From contig JBFLGF010000183.1 of the NCBI GenBank assembly GCA_050230475.1, positions 1-64,000 of the forward strand: 64,000 bases of DNA, written 5' to 3'. The translations under genes were made by a program, and so were the position numbers. Shown here piece after piece: positions 11,312 through 24,475 of this stretch (the first letter of the stretch is position 1; the number at the start of each line of letters is the position of its first letter). Below the pieces are notes generated by a model, which was given only the letters and a program-made list of their open reading frames with translations, did not search any database and had not been told where the DNA came from. This DNA comes from Ancylonema sp. Taxonomy: Eukaryota.

Positions 11312-11775
11312 TAGGGTTGGTGACACCGCATTTTCGGCCCGCGGTAGGGGGGTTCTACCACGGTATTCTCCCTCAACCGTTTCCTACCGATTTTGGATTC
11401 ACTCCGGCTGGGCATCGGTCGGAGGTAAGTCGGCGGTAGGCAGTAGGGAAATCGGTAGGGACACGGTAGGGAGCGGTAGTAAACGGTAGGGAATATTTTT
11501 TCCAGCGTAAAGTCAATGATATACTTTGCGACCCAAAAATAAATGTTATCGGAAATATTCGATTACCTACTGTTCCCTACCGTTCCCTACCGATCCCTAC
11601 CGTTCCCTACCGTTCCCTACCGATTATTTCCTACCGCCTGACCCCCTACCGAGCCAACCGCGGTTGGGCTAATGTCCCCACCCCCTACTGCATAATTGAG
11701 CATCGGTAACTACCGCAGTAGTTACCGCGGTGAAACGGTAGGGAGTAGGGCGGTAGGGCGGTGTCGCCAACCCTA
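11312..11775. mobile_element. hAT-type MITE (464 bp)
   Basis: 18-bp TIR TAGGGTTGGTGACACCGC / GCGGTGTCGCCAACCCTA (1 mismatch). 8-bp TSD TCGAGAAC / CCGAGAAC. Many CGGTAGG / CCTACCG subterminal motifs. Confidence 0.9.
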
Positions 11776-11840
11776 CCGAGAACCCGAAAACGTTGGGCTC
11801 ATTTTAAGCCCCTTTGGACTCATGTAGGGTCATGCCGAAT

Positions 11841-12346
11841 TTGGCTCCGCCCCCAAACTATTGCCCCATTATCCGCCACGGGCAAACCCGCCCCGGGCGA
11901 AAAAAAATCCGCCCGTGATTGAGCCATAGGGGTTTCTTTATGTTTTTTTGCAGAAGGGTCTCAAGACCAAGCGGATCATGTACATATTTTTCAAAATCTT
12001 GACCAGTATTCGAGTGTTATAACACTTCATAAGGACGCCCGCCATCTTCATTTGTGCAAAAATATTCTGTAAGTTTTTAAATAGGTTTTTTATTTTTTTA
12101 TTTTTCTCGCATTATGAGACGCCACGACACGCAGTCAGACTCATGATTGACAACATATGATGTCAAACGTGTGGCATAAGGCGACTGGCAGCCGTACTTT
12201 GCAAGAAGTCAGTTTTGAACAGTATCGACAATGTCGCTGCATTGCGACGTATTGTTTTAAAGGGTATTCAGGCCGATGGCTCCGCTCCGCAAATTCCACC
12301 CCGCTTTCCGCCCCGGCCGGATTCGCCCCGGGCGGAGGCAACTATG
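11841..12346. mobile_element. Degenerate hAT-like non-autonomous element, related (inverted) to 30021-30750
   Basis: Right end GGCGGAGGCAACTATG; left remnant TTGGCTCCGCCCC; GCCCCG motifs. 12277-12335 is the reverse complement of ~30021-30077. No TSD found. Confidence 0.45.
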
Positions 12347-13100
12347 GAAAAAATACATGCTTTCATTTAGGCTCATTACTCAGTTCTTTAGAAAGAACGA
12401 AGTTAATCAGTCGTTATGTGTACGGCCAGCTTCGGAGAATTCCGTACGTTTTTTTTTGTGTACGGACGTATTTTTTATCCAGGTCAGCGGTTTCCGTTGA
12501 TCCGATTGGCCTGCTTTTCCGGGATTGTTCGATTCTATGATATTTTTTAAATTGTTGACGCGTCTTCGATGACGTGTCGCTCTGTGATTGGCTGATTTTC
12601 GTTTTTTTGTTGAAAAAAATGCGTGAGATTCTCTTGGTCTTTTGTTGTCAAGATGTGGTAGTAAGTGGGGGGCCACCACTTTACTCCACTTGGAAAATGA
12701 AACAAAAAAGTGTTTCATACCTTTTCAACGATTTCATGAGTGTTAGGCCCCTAACTACAACCCGGCATTCTTGTTGTATATTCTACCCTCCATCCTTGTA
12801 GGATGTGCCTTGTACTTCAAGAGGTCTGGCTATCCCTTGAAATCACGTCAAGTCAGAACTCTTGCGGTACACCGATAGGTTTTTTTTTTTTTTTTTTTTT
12901 TGGTGTTTTGTATTGTTTTGTATTAAATATCCTAAAATATTTATGTTTTAGGTGCATTTATGGTTACGCATGTACATCCATAGGATGTTATCCTTGTAAG
13001 ATTTTAATGTACTGAATAAAGTGTCAACTAAACGCATTATGCGTTAGTTTTTTACATTTTTCGCCCCCACCATGTATTGCTATTTTGATTGTAATCCACG

Positions 13101-13567
13101 TAGGGATGCGCTCCCCCGTTTGAAATCAATCGGGGGAGGCGGACTCCCCCGTCCCCCGTCCGCCTCCCCCGTGTACGAGGGACCATCCGCGGCTGGTAAA
13201 TTCCCAGCCGCAACGGTTGCATAGGGGGGACACTCGGGAAAACGGGGGAAACGGGGGGCTAATCGGGGGACACGGGGGAGGAAACGGGGGGAAACGGGGG
13301 CACGGAGGATAAACCGGTTGGCAACTCAGAATCTGGCGTGTTCCTCGCCCAGATTCAAGACCCCTCCCCCCCCGTAGGCTCCCCCGTGTCCCCCGTAATT
13401 CCCCCGTTTCCCCCGGTTCCTCCCCCGCATCCCCCGATCCCCCTTTTTCCCAGCCTGCGGTTGCGTCCCCCGTATTCCCCCGTAATTTGAGTAGAAGGGG
13501 ACGGTGGATCCCCCGTAAGAGGACGGGGGACGGGGGACGACCCGGGGGACGGGGGAGCGCATCCCTA
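13101..13567. mobile_element. hAT-type MITE (467 bp), probably recent
   Basis: Perfect 19-bp TIR TAGGGATGCGCTCCCCCGT and perfect 8-bp TSD AATCCACG (13093-13100, 13568-13575). Dense CCCCCG / CGGGGG motifs. Confidence 0.95.
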
Positions 13568-13852
13568 AATCCACGAATGTTTTTTTTTTTTTTTTAATTA
13601 AATAATTCCACCTGCAACCCAAAAACATAAACATGTTAGAGTACGATTAACACTTGTAACAACAAATTACGATTAAAATTGTAGGCAATTTCGAGTTTTT
13701 CCGGGTTATTACGGATCCCGGGTAAAATCTGACTTGTGACTTAATAACGTGTCGCACTGAATATCTGAATATCCCGACAGTATTAATTAAGACAGGATTA
13801 AGTATCGCAGTATTAAATTACAGAGAACCGTTTGAGTGACTGTGCGGTTGAC

Positions 13853-14290
13853 GAAAATCGAGCGAGATCCAAGCGATTCCATGCACCCTAGAGCCCTCAT
13901 CGCCATTACAAAAAAAATACTAGTTTCGAATACTAGCGCAGCACACTAAACTGACGACAATTTCATCAAGAATCTACTGTGACAAAAATGTTTTTTTTTG
14001 TGCAGCTAAAAAAATTCGGTGATGCTGGTTTCTCAGATCTATTACAGGAGCAAATCGTAATAATTTCCAGCAGTTCAAATCACAGAAGTAAGCTATTGTT
14101 ACATTCAGTAAGGCGGGGGGAGAAAAATGCGAATCGAAAGAAAGCATTTATAGATTTACCATCTTTGCTACTGTGCGATACGCGAAAATCGAGCAATTTT
14201 GAAGCGATTCCATGCACCCTGGAGCTCCACTCGCCATTACAATACAAATACTGGTTCCGGATACCAGCGCAGCACAGCAGACTGACAAAA
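13853..14290 (+). repeat. ~110-bp diverged direct repeat pair (~13853-13960 and ~14183-14290)
   Basis: CGAAAATCGAGC..AAGCGATTCCATGCACCCT..TCGCCATTACAA..AGCGCAGCACA..ACTGAC occurs twice, ~330 bp apart. Confidence 0.7.
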
Positions 14291-15293
14291 AAAATATTAC
14301 GAGTTTAGTGTGACAGAAATCATGAGAATTGTTGAAGTAAAAAAGAACAAAGAGCTCATAACGACGACTGAGATCAGCGTAAAATTCAGAGCCGTTCTTG
14401 CAGGTGCAGGCTGGCTGGCAGCAGAGCCTGCTGCCGATCAGTCTCGACGTTCCGTACCTTTCCGTCTGTTCAGTTACGTAGGGTTACGTGACTACCATGA
14501 TTTCCAATGTCGTTTCGTTCAGACCAATAATGACACCAAGGCGGTCACGGAATTAATCACTCCGGTTTAGTTTCATTGTACGGATGCCATGTGTAATTTC
14601 AATTATTTTGTACAGTCGTAGTGAGGACACGTGTCATAATTTAAGTGATCAAGATATGAACGAATTCTCGGGAACTCTCGGGAACAAATGACTCTCGACG
14701 TACTGTACGGTTCAGAGTACTGAACGCCGTTTCGTTTGGTTCTATGATGACTATTCTTAACGATGTTGTTAGGATGCCGAAAAGTTCCCGCTGTAGCGCG
14801 AATCAGGCCCCGGCCAATGGTCCATGACTAACAACCCCGAAAAAAACCCCGGTGGATCGCACTGGTATCGGCAGCTGGAATCCGCACGTGTAACGAACGC
14901 GTGAATTTAAGCCTTAATATAGGCAATAAAACTCAAACCCGGAAGAACTAAGTATTACGGTGTAGCCGAATCTTGTTTGGAACTCCGGGGTCAATCGAGG
15001 ACTCCCGGTGCCCAGAAATGTTGGGTTCACTTGAGCTCCTTTGGGCTCTTTGTAGAACATGTGCGCTCACTTGGCCTTCGGGCTCTTTTCCGACCTCCGA
15101 TCACCTATTTTGGACTGCGAGCCGAGCTCCGATCCGGGCTTCGGGTTCATTTTCGACGGCTCCTCCTGGGCTGTGGGCAATGGGCTGCGGGTTGCGGAGC
15201 CTAGAGCCCATAGCAAAGGCGTGGGCTCCCCAAGGAATAACAACTGCCACAGCTGCCAGCTGTGAGACTTTGGGGAAGGGTTGACGGAATGAG

Positions 15294-16547
15294 GGATGAG
15301 GGCATGTATCCTGCAACAGATAGTACAGAGAAACCGTGAGGGCAAGCTGCACGGGTGGTGCCAAGGGGTGGAGAAGGTGCAGGTGGAGTATAGATCGACC
15401 CACTGAATCCTTCCTTAGAAGACCGGGCTGTCACGGCAATGTGGAAGTGCGTAGTTACAGGAGGCTGAGGTGAATGTAAATAAGGGAAAGAGATTATGTT
15501 CAGTATTTAACGTTTTGACAGGAGCAAGCGGTGAGAAGAGACCCCGTTTTAGCTTGAGGAGTCGATCAAGTGCAATCTGCCATTTATGAGGCTTATTTTG
15601 TTATTTGTTTTCTTGCGTCACTGATCAATCGTCTCCTTATATTTAAATGGAGAAGGGTAAGCTAACCTAGCTTCCACTTTTACTTGCGATGTTGTGATCT
15701 TCATTTTCTTTTTTCTTTTAGTGCAATTTTGATCATCCATATCGTATCGTTGCACTTTGAAAAGATTCGTTTTCTTGCAACTCTTGCAAAAACATAAACT
15801 CAATGGCGTTTTTTATTTTCTACCGTATCCCCTTTCTTTGTTCCCCCCCCCCTTTCTTTCCTTTTTTTTTAAAAAAATAAATAAATTATTTTCATGTTTT
15901 TTTTTTTCTTTTTTCTTGGGGGCTATTTCGCCACCTCCTCGGTTTTATTTTATTTTATTATTATTGATTTCATTTATTGATGCTATCCTATCGAACACAA
16001 AGTGAATCTTACTTTGGTTAGCTCCAACATCTCCGACCATGGCTGACAATTACAATTGAACATCATGTGAAAGGTGGAAAAATGGTATGCACACGTGTGA
16101 AGTTCACAAAAAAACAATTAGAATAGACTTTAAGCATAATGTCAACTTATTTAACTGAGTCCATACATTCAACTTGAATGTATGGTTAAGTTTACATCTA
16201 CAAATTGTATAAGATATGAAGCGCCATCCATCGACGTTTTCGCAAAGAAACTTCAAAGTTAAAAGTACATGGTGCTCTTCAACCATCACAAACATCAAGC
16301 AACATTACAGGTCAACTCAAACGTCGATAAGCCCCATCTACACACATTTGGAACTCCCATATTCATTGCTACATCAGATCTAGTATTCAACATAACCTAT
16401 GACAACCAAACACTGTCCAAGCGATGCCACCATTTCACCATGACGTCATCGTTGTCTGCGGTCTTGGAATTCTCTTTTTTGGACCCGTCCATCGTATCCT
16501 TTGAGTGTTGTATGATGGCTTAAAAAGTGGGATGTCGTCCAAACGGG
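15294..16547. repeat. 1.25-kb segment duplicated at 18391-19652
   Basis: Near-identical from GGATGAGGGCATGTATCC to GTCGTCCAAACGGG. Differences are mainly in homopolymers. Confidence 0.9.
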
Positions 16548-17607
16548 AGGGATTGTATGGAGAATAGCCAAGGGAAAAGCAATTGATCATACCACGTGGG
16601 GAGGACAGGTACCAAAATACCAAACCAGTGAGGCCTTGAGTGTGTGAACCATGCGTTTTCCATGGTCGTCAAATGCAGGATATTCGAAACATTGCACGGA
16701 AGCGATGTATGGTCGCATGCTTTCCGAGGAGAGTATCAAAAGGCACCCATTGACGAGGAGTCTTGATCGTCCCTTATCCGGATTTCAACAAGTGCGGCAA
16801 CAAGGGGACAAAATTATGTTCAAAGGGAAGTGGTGCGCTGATACGAAATGGACCGGGAATAGGGATGAGCTTTACACATTTGGTGGTATGCTCAACCCTC
16901 GCCGAGCTCATCATTAGCACGAGTGTGGGTTTCTAAATGTTGGTGGCGCTTAAGGGTGTTGTAATTTATTTTGTGAGAGGTTGTATGCCGTTGTGGAGAG
17001 CGAGGCGGGGGATCTAGTCAACGTGTGTTGACAGTCAATAACCGACACATCTCAGTGGGAGTAAGTTCTAGATGAGAGGATTTTTGCAAGTGTCTAAGCT
17101 ATGTTGACTATATGAGAACGAAACTCCAGTTGTTGGACAACTTTTATGACATGTTGAACTGCACTACTCTTCTTAATTAAAAGTCAAGTACTCATATGTG
17201 CAATTCTGAAACTCATCCAACAAAACACCATGAATACTTCGACAAGATAATCTTTCAAAGTCATTAAAGAAATGTCTGGGTTCCAAAGACCCTTAGTACA
17301 TGCGTCTACTCCCACACACGACTCTCACAAATATGCTATGCTGCACTTGACAGCCCCAAGCCTATGATGCTATCCACTTGTCACCTACGTGTCAATCAAT
17401 GTCTCAACTAGTGACTACAAACGTCGACACGTTGTCCAGCCAAAACTTACACATGTCCAAAATATGCCAACTACTGTCACCACGTGCATCTCTCTAAATG
17501 AAACGCATCACAAATGAATCAATTCTGAGCACAGACGACGCGTATCGGTCACTTCAAAGTTTCGACCTCGTATTATTCGCCCACCTAATTAGCACTCAAA
17601 CGCTATA
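16548..17607 (+). mobile_element. Decayed Ty1/copia 3' remnant (RNase H tail, PPT-like site, probable LTR)
   Basis: Translations FHGRQMQDIR (~16658) and HPLTRSLDRP..FQQVR resemble the copia RNase H motifs FHxRxKHIDIR and ADxLTKAL. AGTGGGAG at ~17054. Ends TTCGCCCACCTAATTA..CACTCAAACGCTATA, like the LTR end of the element at 52089-58662. Confidence 0.5.
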
Positions 17608-18014
17608 TTTGTAAAATCGATATCTTCCTAACCACAACTCCAAATCAACTTATTTCTTCACTCAAATGTTTATTACAACAAAAACTATCGAGATAGAGCA
17701 CCGACGTATTTTCGCTTTCATTATAAAAGCACTGATTCTGCTTTCTCAAAACTTTTGGACCAGCTGGACGGCGATTGTACCGGTTGGACGGCGGTTGGGG
17801 GAGAACAAAAACCATAACGGCACCCAATCCTTCCATCTATTCAGGAATATTTTATCCCATTGCAACAAAAAAAATACCGCTACGCCCGACCACCATCCTT
17901 CCGTCCCAGCCGCCGTCCACCTGCCCACCCGCCCAACCGCCCAACCTCCAACTGCTGGTTTAGGCGATTTGGCGGTTGCGCGGTTGGAAAGAGATCCGAG
18001 AAAATGGCGGTAGG

Positions 18015-18260
18015 TAGGGTTGGGTTTTAAAGCCTTCAAAATGTCCCCTGTCCATTTACAACCTTGAAAACTTAAAATCTTAAAAATCTTAACTTATTTA
18101 TGATCCACAAAAGATGTTTTCGGAGCCAAATAATGTCATTGAACTCATTGGCGACCTTAAAACAATCAATTATGAAGAAAAAATAACGATTCACACATCA
18201 TCAAAAATCATATGTGTTGATCTGCGAACCGTTCATTGATGTGTGTGAATTCGTGCTGGT
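18015..18260. repeat. Dispersed repeat, inverted homolog at ~59905-60150
   Basis: TAGGGTTGGGTTTT..GAACTCATTGGCGACCTTAA..CAATTATGAAGAAAA..TTCGTGCT matches the reverse complement of 59905-60150. Confidence 0.7.
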
Positions 18261-18390
18261 TTTTATTGTACATCATCTCTTCATACATCTTTGAGTGAAA
18301 TGCCCGAAATCTGTACTCTTTGGGTGGTTGGTTGCAATGGTCGCTTGAAGTGAAATCCTGTGAAAGCGGTACAGCCTCTCCTCATCAANA

Positions 18391-18966
18391 GGATGAGGGC
18401 ATGTATCCTGCAACAGATAGTACAGAGAAACCGTGAGGGCAAGCTGCACGGGTGGTGCCAAGGGGTGGAGAAGGTGCAGGTGGAGTATAGATCGACCCAC
18501 TGAATCCTTCCTTAGAAGACCGGGCTGTCACGGCAATGTGGAAGTGCGTAGTTACAGGAGGCTGAGGTGAATGTAAATAAGGGAAAGAGATTATGTTCAG
18601 TATTTAACGTTTTGACAGGAGCAAGCGGTGAGAAGAGACCCCGTTTTAGCTTGAGGAGTCGATCAAGTGCAATCTGCCATTTATGAGGCTTATTTTGTTA
18701 TTTGTTTTCTTGCGTCACTGATCAATCGTCTCCTTATATTTAAATGGAGAAGGGTAAGCTAACCTAGCTTCCACTTTTACTTGCGATGTTGTGATCTTCA
18801 TTTTCTTTTTTCTTTTAGTGCAATTTTGATCATCCATATCGTATCGTTGCACTTTGAAAAGATTCGTTTTCTTGCAACTCTTGCAAAAACATAAACTCAA
18901 TGGCGTTTTTTATTTTCTACCGTATCCCCTTTCTTTGTTCCCCCCCCCCTTTCTTTCCTTTTTATC

Positions 18967-18997
<31 letters not shown>

Positions 18998-19652
18998 TTT
19001 TCTTTCTTTTTTTCTTTTTCTTTTTTCCCGGGGGCTATTTCGCCACCTCCTCGGTTTTCTTTTTTTTCTTATTATTTATTTCATTTATTGATGCTATCCT
19101 ATCGAACACAAAGTGAATCTTACTTTGGTTAGCTCCAACATCTCCGACCATGGCTGACAATTACAATTGAACATCATGTGAAAGGTGGAAAAATGGTATG
19201 CACACGTGTGAAGTTCACAAAAAAACAATTAGAATAGACTTTAAGCATAATGTCAACTTATTTAACTGAGTCCATACATTCAACTTGAATGTATGGTTAA
19301 GTTTACATCTACAAATTGTATAAGATATGAAGCGCCATCCATCGACGTTTTCGCAAAGAAACTTCAAAGTTAAAAGTACATGGTGCTCTTCAACCATCAC
19401 AAACATCAAGCACCGGTCAACTCAAACGTCGATAAGCCCCATCTACACACATTTGGAACTCCCATATTCATTGCTACATCAGATCTAGTATTCAACATAA
19501 CCTATGTCAACCAAACACTGTCCAAGCGATGCCACCATTTCACCATGACGTCATCGTTGTCTGCGGTCTTGGGATTCTCTTCTTTCGACCCGTCCATCGT
19601 ATCCTTTGAGTGTTGTATGATGGCTTAAAAAGTGGGATGTCGTCCAAACGGG
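18391..19652. repeat. Second copy of 15294-16547, starting right after an N (18389)
   Basis: Direct sequence comparison. The adjacent N suggests a contig join. Confidence 0.9.
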
Positions 19653-21342
19653 GAGTTGAAATAGTGGGGCCCACACTAACACATATCGGCGAAGAATAGG
19701 GAACCTCCTTACAATAATATAGACAGGGGAGCAGAGAAAAGAGTTAGATCATACAACCACTATGATATAAAAACACTTCCTTCAAAAGATTGAATAAACG
19801 AGCGACGGAAAAACAGAGGTGATTTTTATGTTTTGTGAGAAACATAAAAATAGTTATATAATTATGTCATATGTAGTGACAATGGTAAGTGCGCACTATA
19901 TTAATATTATATTCTATAAAGGCAAAAACATGAAACAAAAACTATCACTAGTGAAGGGTGCGCCATTGTGCTCAAAATAATTATTTAAGTACGCGCCAAA
20001 AACATGTGCGCCACGCAAAATGGTAATTTCTTGGCGCGTTATATGTGCCCGCAATACGCAATACGCTATCAGTACGTTGGGGTCACAATACGCCGTATTT
20101 TGCGTATTGCGAATTTTTGCGATTTGGACATACGCGTATGCGTTAAATATGCATTTTTTCTCGAATTTAGACCCACACATATCCGGAAGTAGGATGGTAA
20201 CATCGGGTGCCTAATCTAAATCAAATTGGCCATCAAATACGGAGACATTATCCTTGAAATGCATGATAGGCGCATGTTTCACCAAAACATGTGCAATTGT
20301 TTTTATTTATTATGTTCGTGCGAGAATGGGAATTTATCAATAGACCCCCTCTTCTCATCTTCTCTCTTCTCTAAACTTGATTGAAGTTGGACACGTTTTT
20401 ATCAATCTTTACTCCTTCGATTCTACTTGTCCTAAAAATGGATCAACCGGGGCTTCCGTTTGTACTTAAGTATGGTAATTAAAAAAGTGGAATGCTAGAA
20501 TATAATAACGAATGCAATACTTGAATCCAAGAAACAATGATTCACACTAACAATTTAATAAGTCCTCCTTTTACTTCTACTCATAGTTTACTGCTCCTAC
20601 TCCTAACTTGAAATTGGAGAGTCGGATGAGGTTTACTAGCGAGAATGAAGATGGTTTTTGCCGTGCCATGTAGTATCGAATAATTTTCACTTTCGCTATT
20701 TCACTGTGAAACGACGTAGACCTCGCTATGTTGTTTGTCCTCCGAAAAATCAGCCATACCTGCAATTTTATGCCGAAAAGTAATACAAGTTGAATTTAGC
20801 GCATTTTTAAGCGTATTTTAGCATATTATTACGCTGGGAGCACAATACGCGTATTTAGCGTATGATAACTCAGCGTATTGTGCGTATTGTGCAACCCGGG
20901 TGCCCGGTACGGTATCATATATTGAACATGTATGATTGTATATTGGAGCGAAAACCATGTCATGGGAACTCCCACGCTTGAGTCTTCTCATATTTTAATT
21001 TTATTTTTTTGGGTAAAGACACCTTGTATTCTATGCACTACTTTGCTATAACATGAACGACATTCCTACCACTAAGAAATCCGCGTATTCATAGCATTGA
21101 ACTTTCACTACCTATAACTCTTCCCTATTGTTGCGTGTCTCTAACACTTATTCTGGCCGGGTGAAAAGTGTATGTCACCGTTCTACGTGGTCGAAATAAG
21201 TACAAGTTTTGCCAAACTAACTCGATACTGAATTCCGACACCCTATACTTAGATTACTTATATATGTAGATTCTAGACCAAATTCAACGCCCAATCGAAG
21301 TCAAAGTCAAAGTCAGAGCCAAAGTCAACGCCAGGGTCAACG

Positions 21343-22969
21343 TCAAGTTGATGAAAACCTAGTGCCCGAAACGATTCTGTCCACCACAAGGCTCGTTCTC
21401 GCTGCGCTCTCTCCCGTGCTCACGCACCCCCCCCTTCCCCGCAACGCGTTCACCACCGTCTCGATCAACGGCTGCTGCACGTGTTTCGGACTCGGGACCT
21501 CCAAAACCTCGTGCGCCTCGCCCCCGCCCTCGCCCCCGCCCCCGCCCTCCCGCCAGATTTCGATCTTGTTCGACAGAAAGAACTGGAACCGGATCCGCCC
21601 CTTCTCCCCGGTGATCTCCCCGTACTCCTGGGGGGGGCTACCCGCGCTCGCCACGAAGTTCCAACTGCCGGTTCCCAAAACGCCGTTCGCGAACCGGAAC
21701 GTTGCCACTACCGTGTCTTCGGACGGGTAGAGACCGGCTTCGTTGGTGGCCGTGCCGGCTGCGGAAACCTGATGGGAAAAAGAAATGCAATCTTTGATGA
21801 AGTCTTTGATGCTTGGAGAAGGAAATCTCAACCACTAGTGCATGTCACATCATACTCGATGCACGCCACATCCCCCACAACCCTACTACCTACAATGGAA
21901 CCTGCATGATAGTGTCTAGTCAAAAAAAGAAAAACATAAAAATGAAGAAACTCTTAATTGAACACCATAAGTGCGTGATATTCCCGGCGTCGACATTGAA
22001 GTCGGGAGAAAATTTTGTCCAACAAATCATTCTGGACCCAAGAGTACTCCTAGACGGATTTGAGCAGACCACTATACACACCCCACAACACGATTGACAT
22101 ATGAACACATATTAGTAGTGACACTGCTTTCACTTCAAAGTGGCGTCGCAACTGTAGTACACATCAAAAGTCAAACCTCACTTGACATTAAAATGAAACC
22201 CGAACCCCAAACCACCCCCCCAACTCACAATCCACTCCCCCCCCCTCCCCCCACAACCACCCCCCTTGTAAACACGAAAACAACTCCCTCACGCCCCCCC
22301 CCTCCTTCCCTCCCCCCACCCCCCAACCCCCCCCAACCCACCACATGCCCAAACCAGTACTCCAACAAGTCGAACTGGTGACTCGCTTTATCCCGAAAGT
22401 ATCCCCCGCTCCCCCCAACAATCGGATCCGTCCTCCAAGCCAGAGTGGAATTGGTGAGAGAAGCCCCTCCGTGAAGTTTCCCCCCCCCTGCCGCCTGCCA
22501 CGTCAGATCGTGGCGGTTGGGGGGGCGGTGGTAGACCACGTGGACGGACAGGGGGGTACCGATTGACCCGCTGGCGATCAGATCCTTGATCTGGAGGGGG
22601 GAAGGAGGGGGGGGGGGGTGGGGGTGGGGTTGGGGGGGTGGAGGGGGAGAGGGGGGAGACAGGAAGGCTTGGTAGGGGGGGGGTGGGAAGAGAGGGGTGT
22701 GGTATGGGAGGTGTCCTTATTTTCATTTTGAGTAATTGCATACCCCTGACATGATTCGAATTCTGTTTCTGTTTGGTGGAGGGCTTTTTTTTTTTTTTTT
22801 TTTTTTTTTTGGGTGAGTACCTTGGGATGATGTGTCTTCTCGCGTAGTCTTCTGCTTTGGTGGCGTTTCTTCTCATGACGTGCACCACTTTGGAGGCCCA
22901 CACATTTCGGAGGGCGGGACCGGATTTCACTTCCGTCACGTCACCGCAACCGATGATGCCCCATCGGAC
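21343..22969 (-). CDS. Gfo/Idh/MocA-family oxidoreductase, bacterial-like; exons 22969-22821, 22590-22342, 21768-21343; start and a central exon not found (incomplete or pseudogene)
   Basis: VRWGIIGCGDVTEVKSGPA..VMRRNATKAEDYARRH; IKDLIASGSIG..GGYFRDKASHQFDLLEYWFG; EDTVVATFRFANGVLGTGSWNF..HVQQPLIETVV..STGESAARTS. GT-AG borders. Confidence 0.85.
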
Positions 22970-23150
22970 CTTTTTATTTCATTTTTTTCGATAAAAAAGG
23001 AGAGGAGAATAAGAGAGATGGGAGAGGCTGTACGCAATTTTTTTTTTTTTTTCTTCTTCTGTTGTTTGTGGGGGGGTTTGGCGAAAGAGGAGTGGATGTG
23101 TTTTTGAGGTGATGAGAGCTCGAACTATGTTAGTTTGTAGGAGATATTGA

Positions 23151-23176
23151 AACACGTGAAACACGTGAAACACGTG
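23151..23176. promoter_or_regulatory. Triple G-box array (AAACACGTG x3) upstream of the Gfo gene
   Basis: AACACGTGAAACACGTGAAACACGTG seen directly. Function is inferred. Confidence 0.45.
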
Positions 23177-24455
23177 TTGTTTTTCCGATCACTCTTGTGG
23201 AAGTCTGCCAACTTTTAAGAGTGACTAAAAGAGTGATGAAGAGTGATGTTAAGAACTGAACTCAATTTCAAATTACACTCTGGATAAAGAGCCTTTGCAA
23301 CGGTTTAGCTAGATTCTTTTCAATGTTTAGGTTTGAGCAATCGAAACTACGAATCTAAGTACCGATTGGCCGACTGATAATATTTTTTGTTGTGCTGAAG
23401 CTCCCCCCCCCCAACATGTTTTTTGGTGTGAAGAAAAAAACAAAAAAACATAATTAAAAGACTAACTATATTAACATTTTGTACTCCTTCCAAATACTTA
23501 TTTAAATGTTATTTATTTAAAAATAAAATAAATAAAAATCTATTCTCTTTCAGTTATAAGTTCCATTATTTTATTATTTGATAAATTGGTTATCTTAGTA
23601 CTCTAATATTTTATCAATCAAAAGACAAAAGATTCTGAAATATTATAATTCAATGTGTTCATATCTCATTACATTGAAAATACATTGTTCTACTTTCTTT
23701 TACTAGATTCATTCTCTCTGTTGTCATCATCTTATTAAGGTTCGTAAACAATTTTACTTCACTCCCTTCCTCTGACTTCTCCAAAAGAAATGTGTTACAT
23801 TAGACTTGCAAGACACTTGATCTCCTGTCAAAATATAAAAAAGGAACAAAATTATCACCCAATACCTCTTCCAGAGGGGTAAATTCCGTTGCCTCCCCGA
23901 CATGACCTGAGTTTGCCGCTATAAGGAGAAGGGCTAACGCTATAAGCACAATAAAGGCGCCCAAGCACTTGCCAAACGGAGTCGCTTCTGCATCATGAGG
24001 GATGATGTCATGGATGGAAAAGTGATGTCAGCATTACAGGGGGGTGCAGGGCGGGGAAGAGGCAATAGGAATTTATGATCAATACTGAATCAGTACTCTC
24101 TGGGAGTGAATGGTTGTTTGTCTTTAAATGGTTTTTTATTTATTTTTTATAAGTATCTCTGAAATGAATTATGATTCGGCGCGCAGTGCTTCGACTGATC
24201 TGTAAGCTGACGTCAAAGATGCCTCACCCCAGGTCCGCTCAACAGTGCCCCGGTGAGCTATTATAACGGAATTTCAAATTCAAGTGGGGTCAGCTCTTCC
24301 AGGATAGGTATTCCCCACTCCACTCCATTTCGTGTTTAAACTGGTGGCAGTGTGTTGTTCCAGTTCACACTCTTGCCCCCCGCAAAACTTGGCAGGAATA
24401 AAGATGCACATAGTCTGAAACTGCATTAACAATGCCGCAGGGGCGCAAATACTGT

Positions 24456-24475
24456 CACGTGCCACGTGCCACGTG
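24456..24475. promoter_or_regulatory. Triple G-box array (CACGTGC x3) between the divergent Gfo and AKR genes
   Basis: CACGTGCCACGTGCCACGTG seen directly. Function is inferred. Confidence 0.45.

Noticed and set aside
19950..20900. AATACGC-motif region as another hAT element
   Set aside because: Subterminal-like motifs are present, but a matching TIR pair and TSD could not be fixed.
23995..24215. Possible box C/D snoRNA (ATGATG..CTGA motifs)
   Set aside because: Boxes are imperfect, with no terminal stem or identifiable guide sequence.
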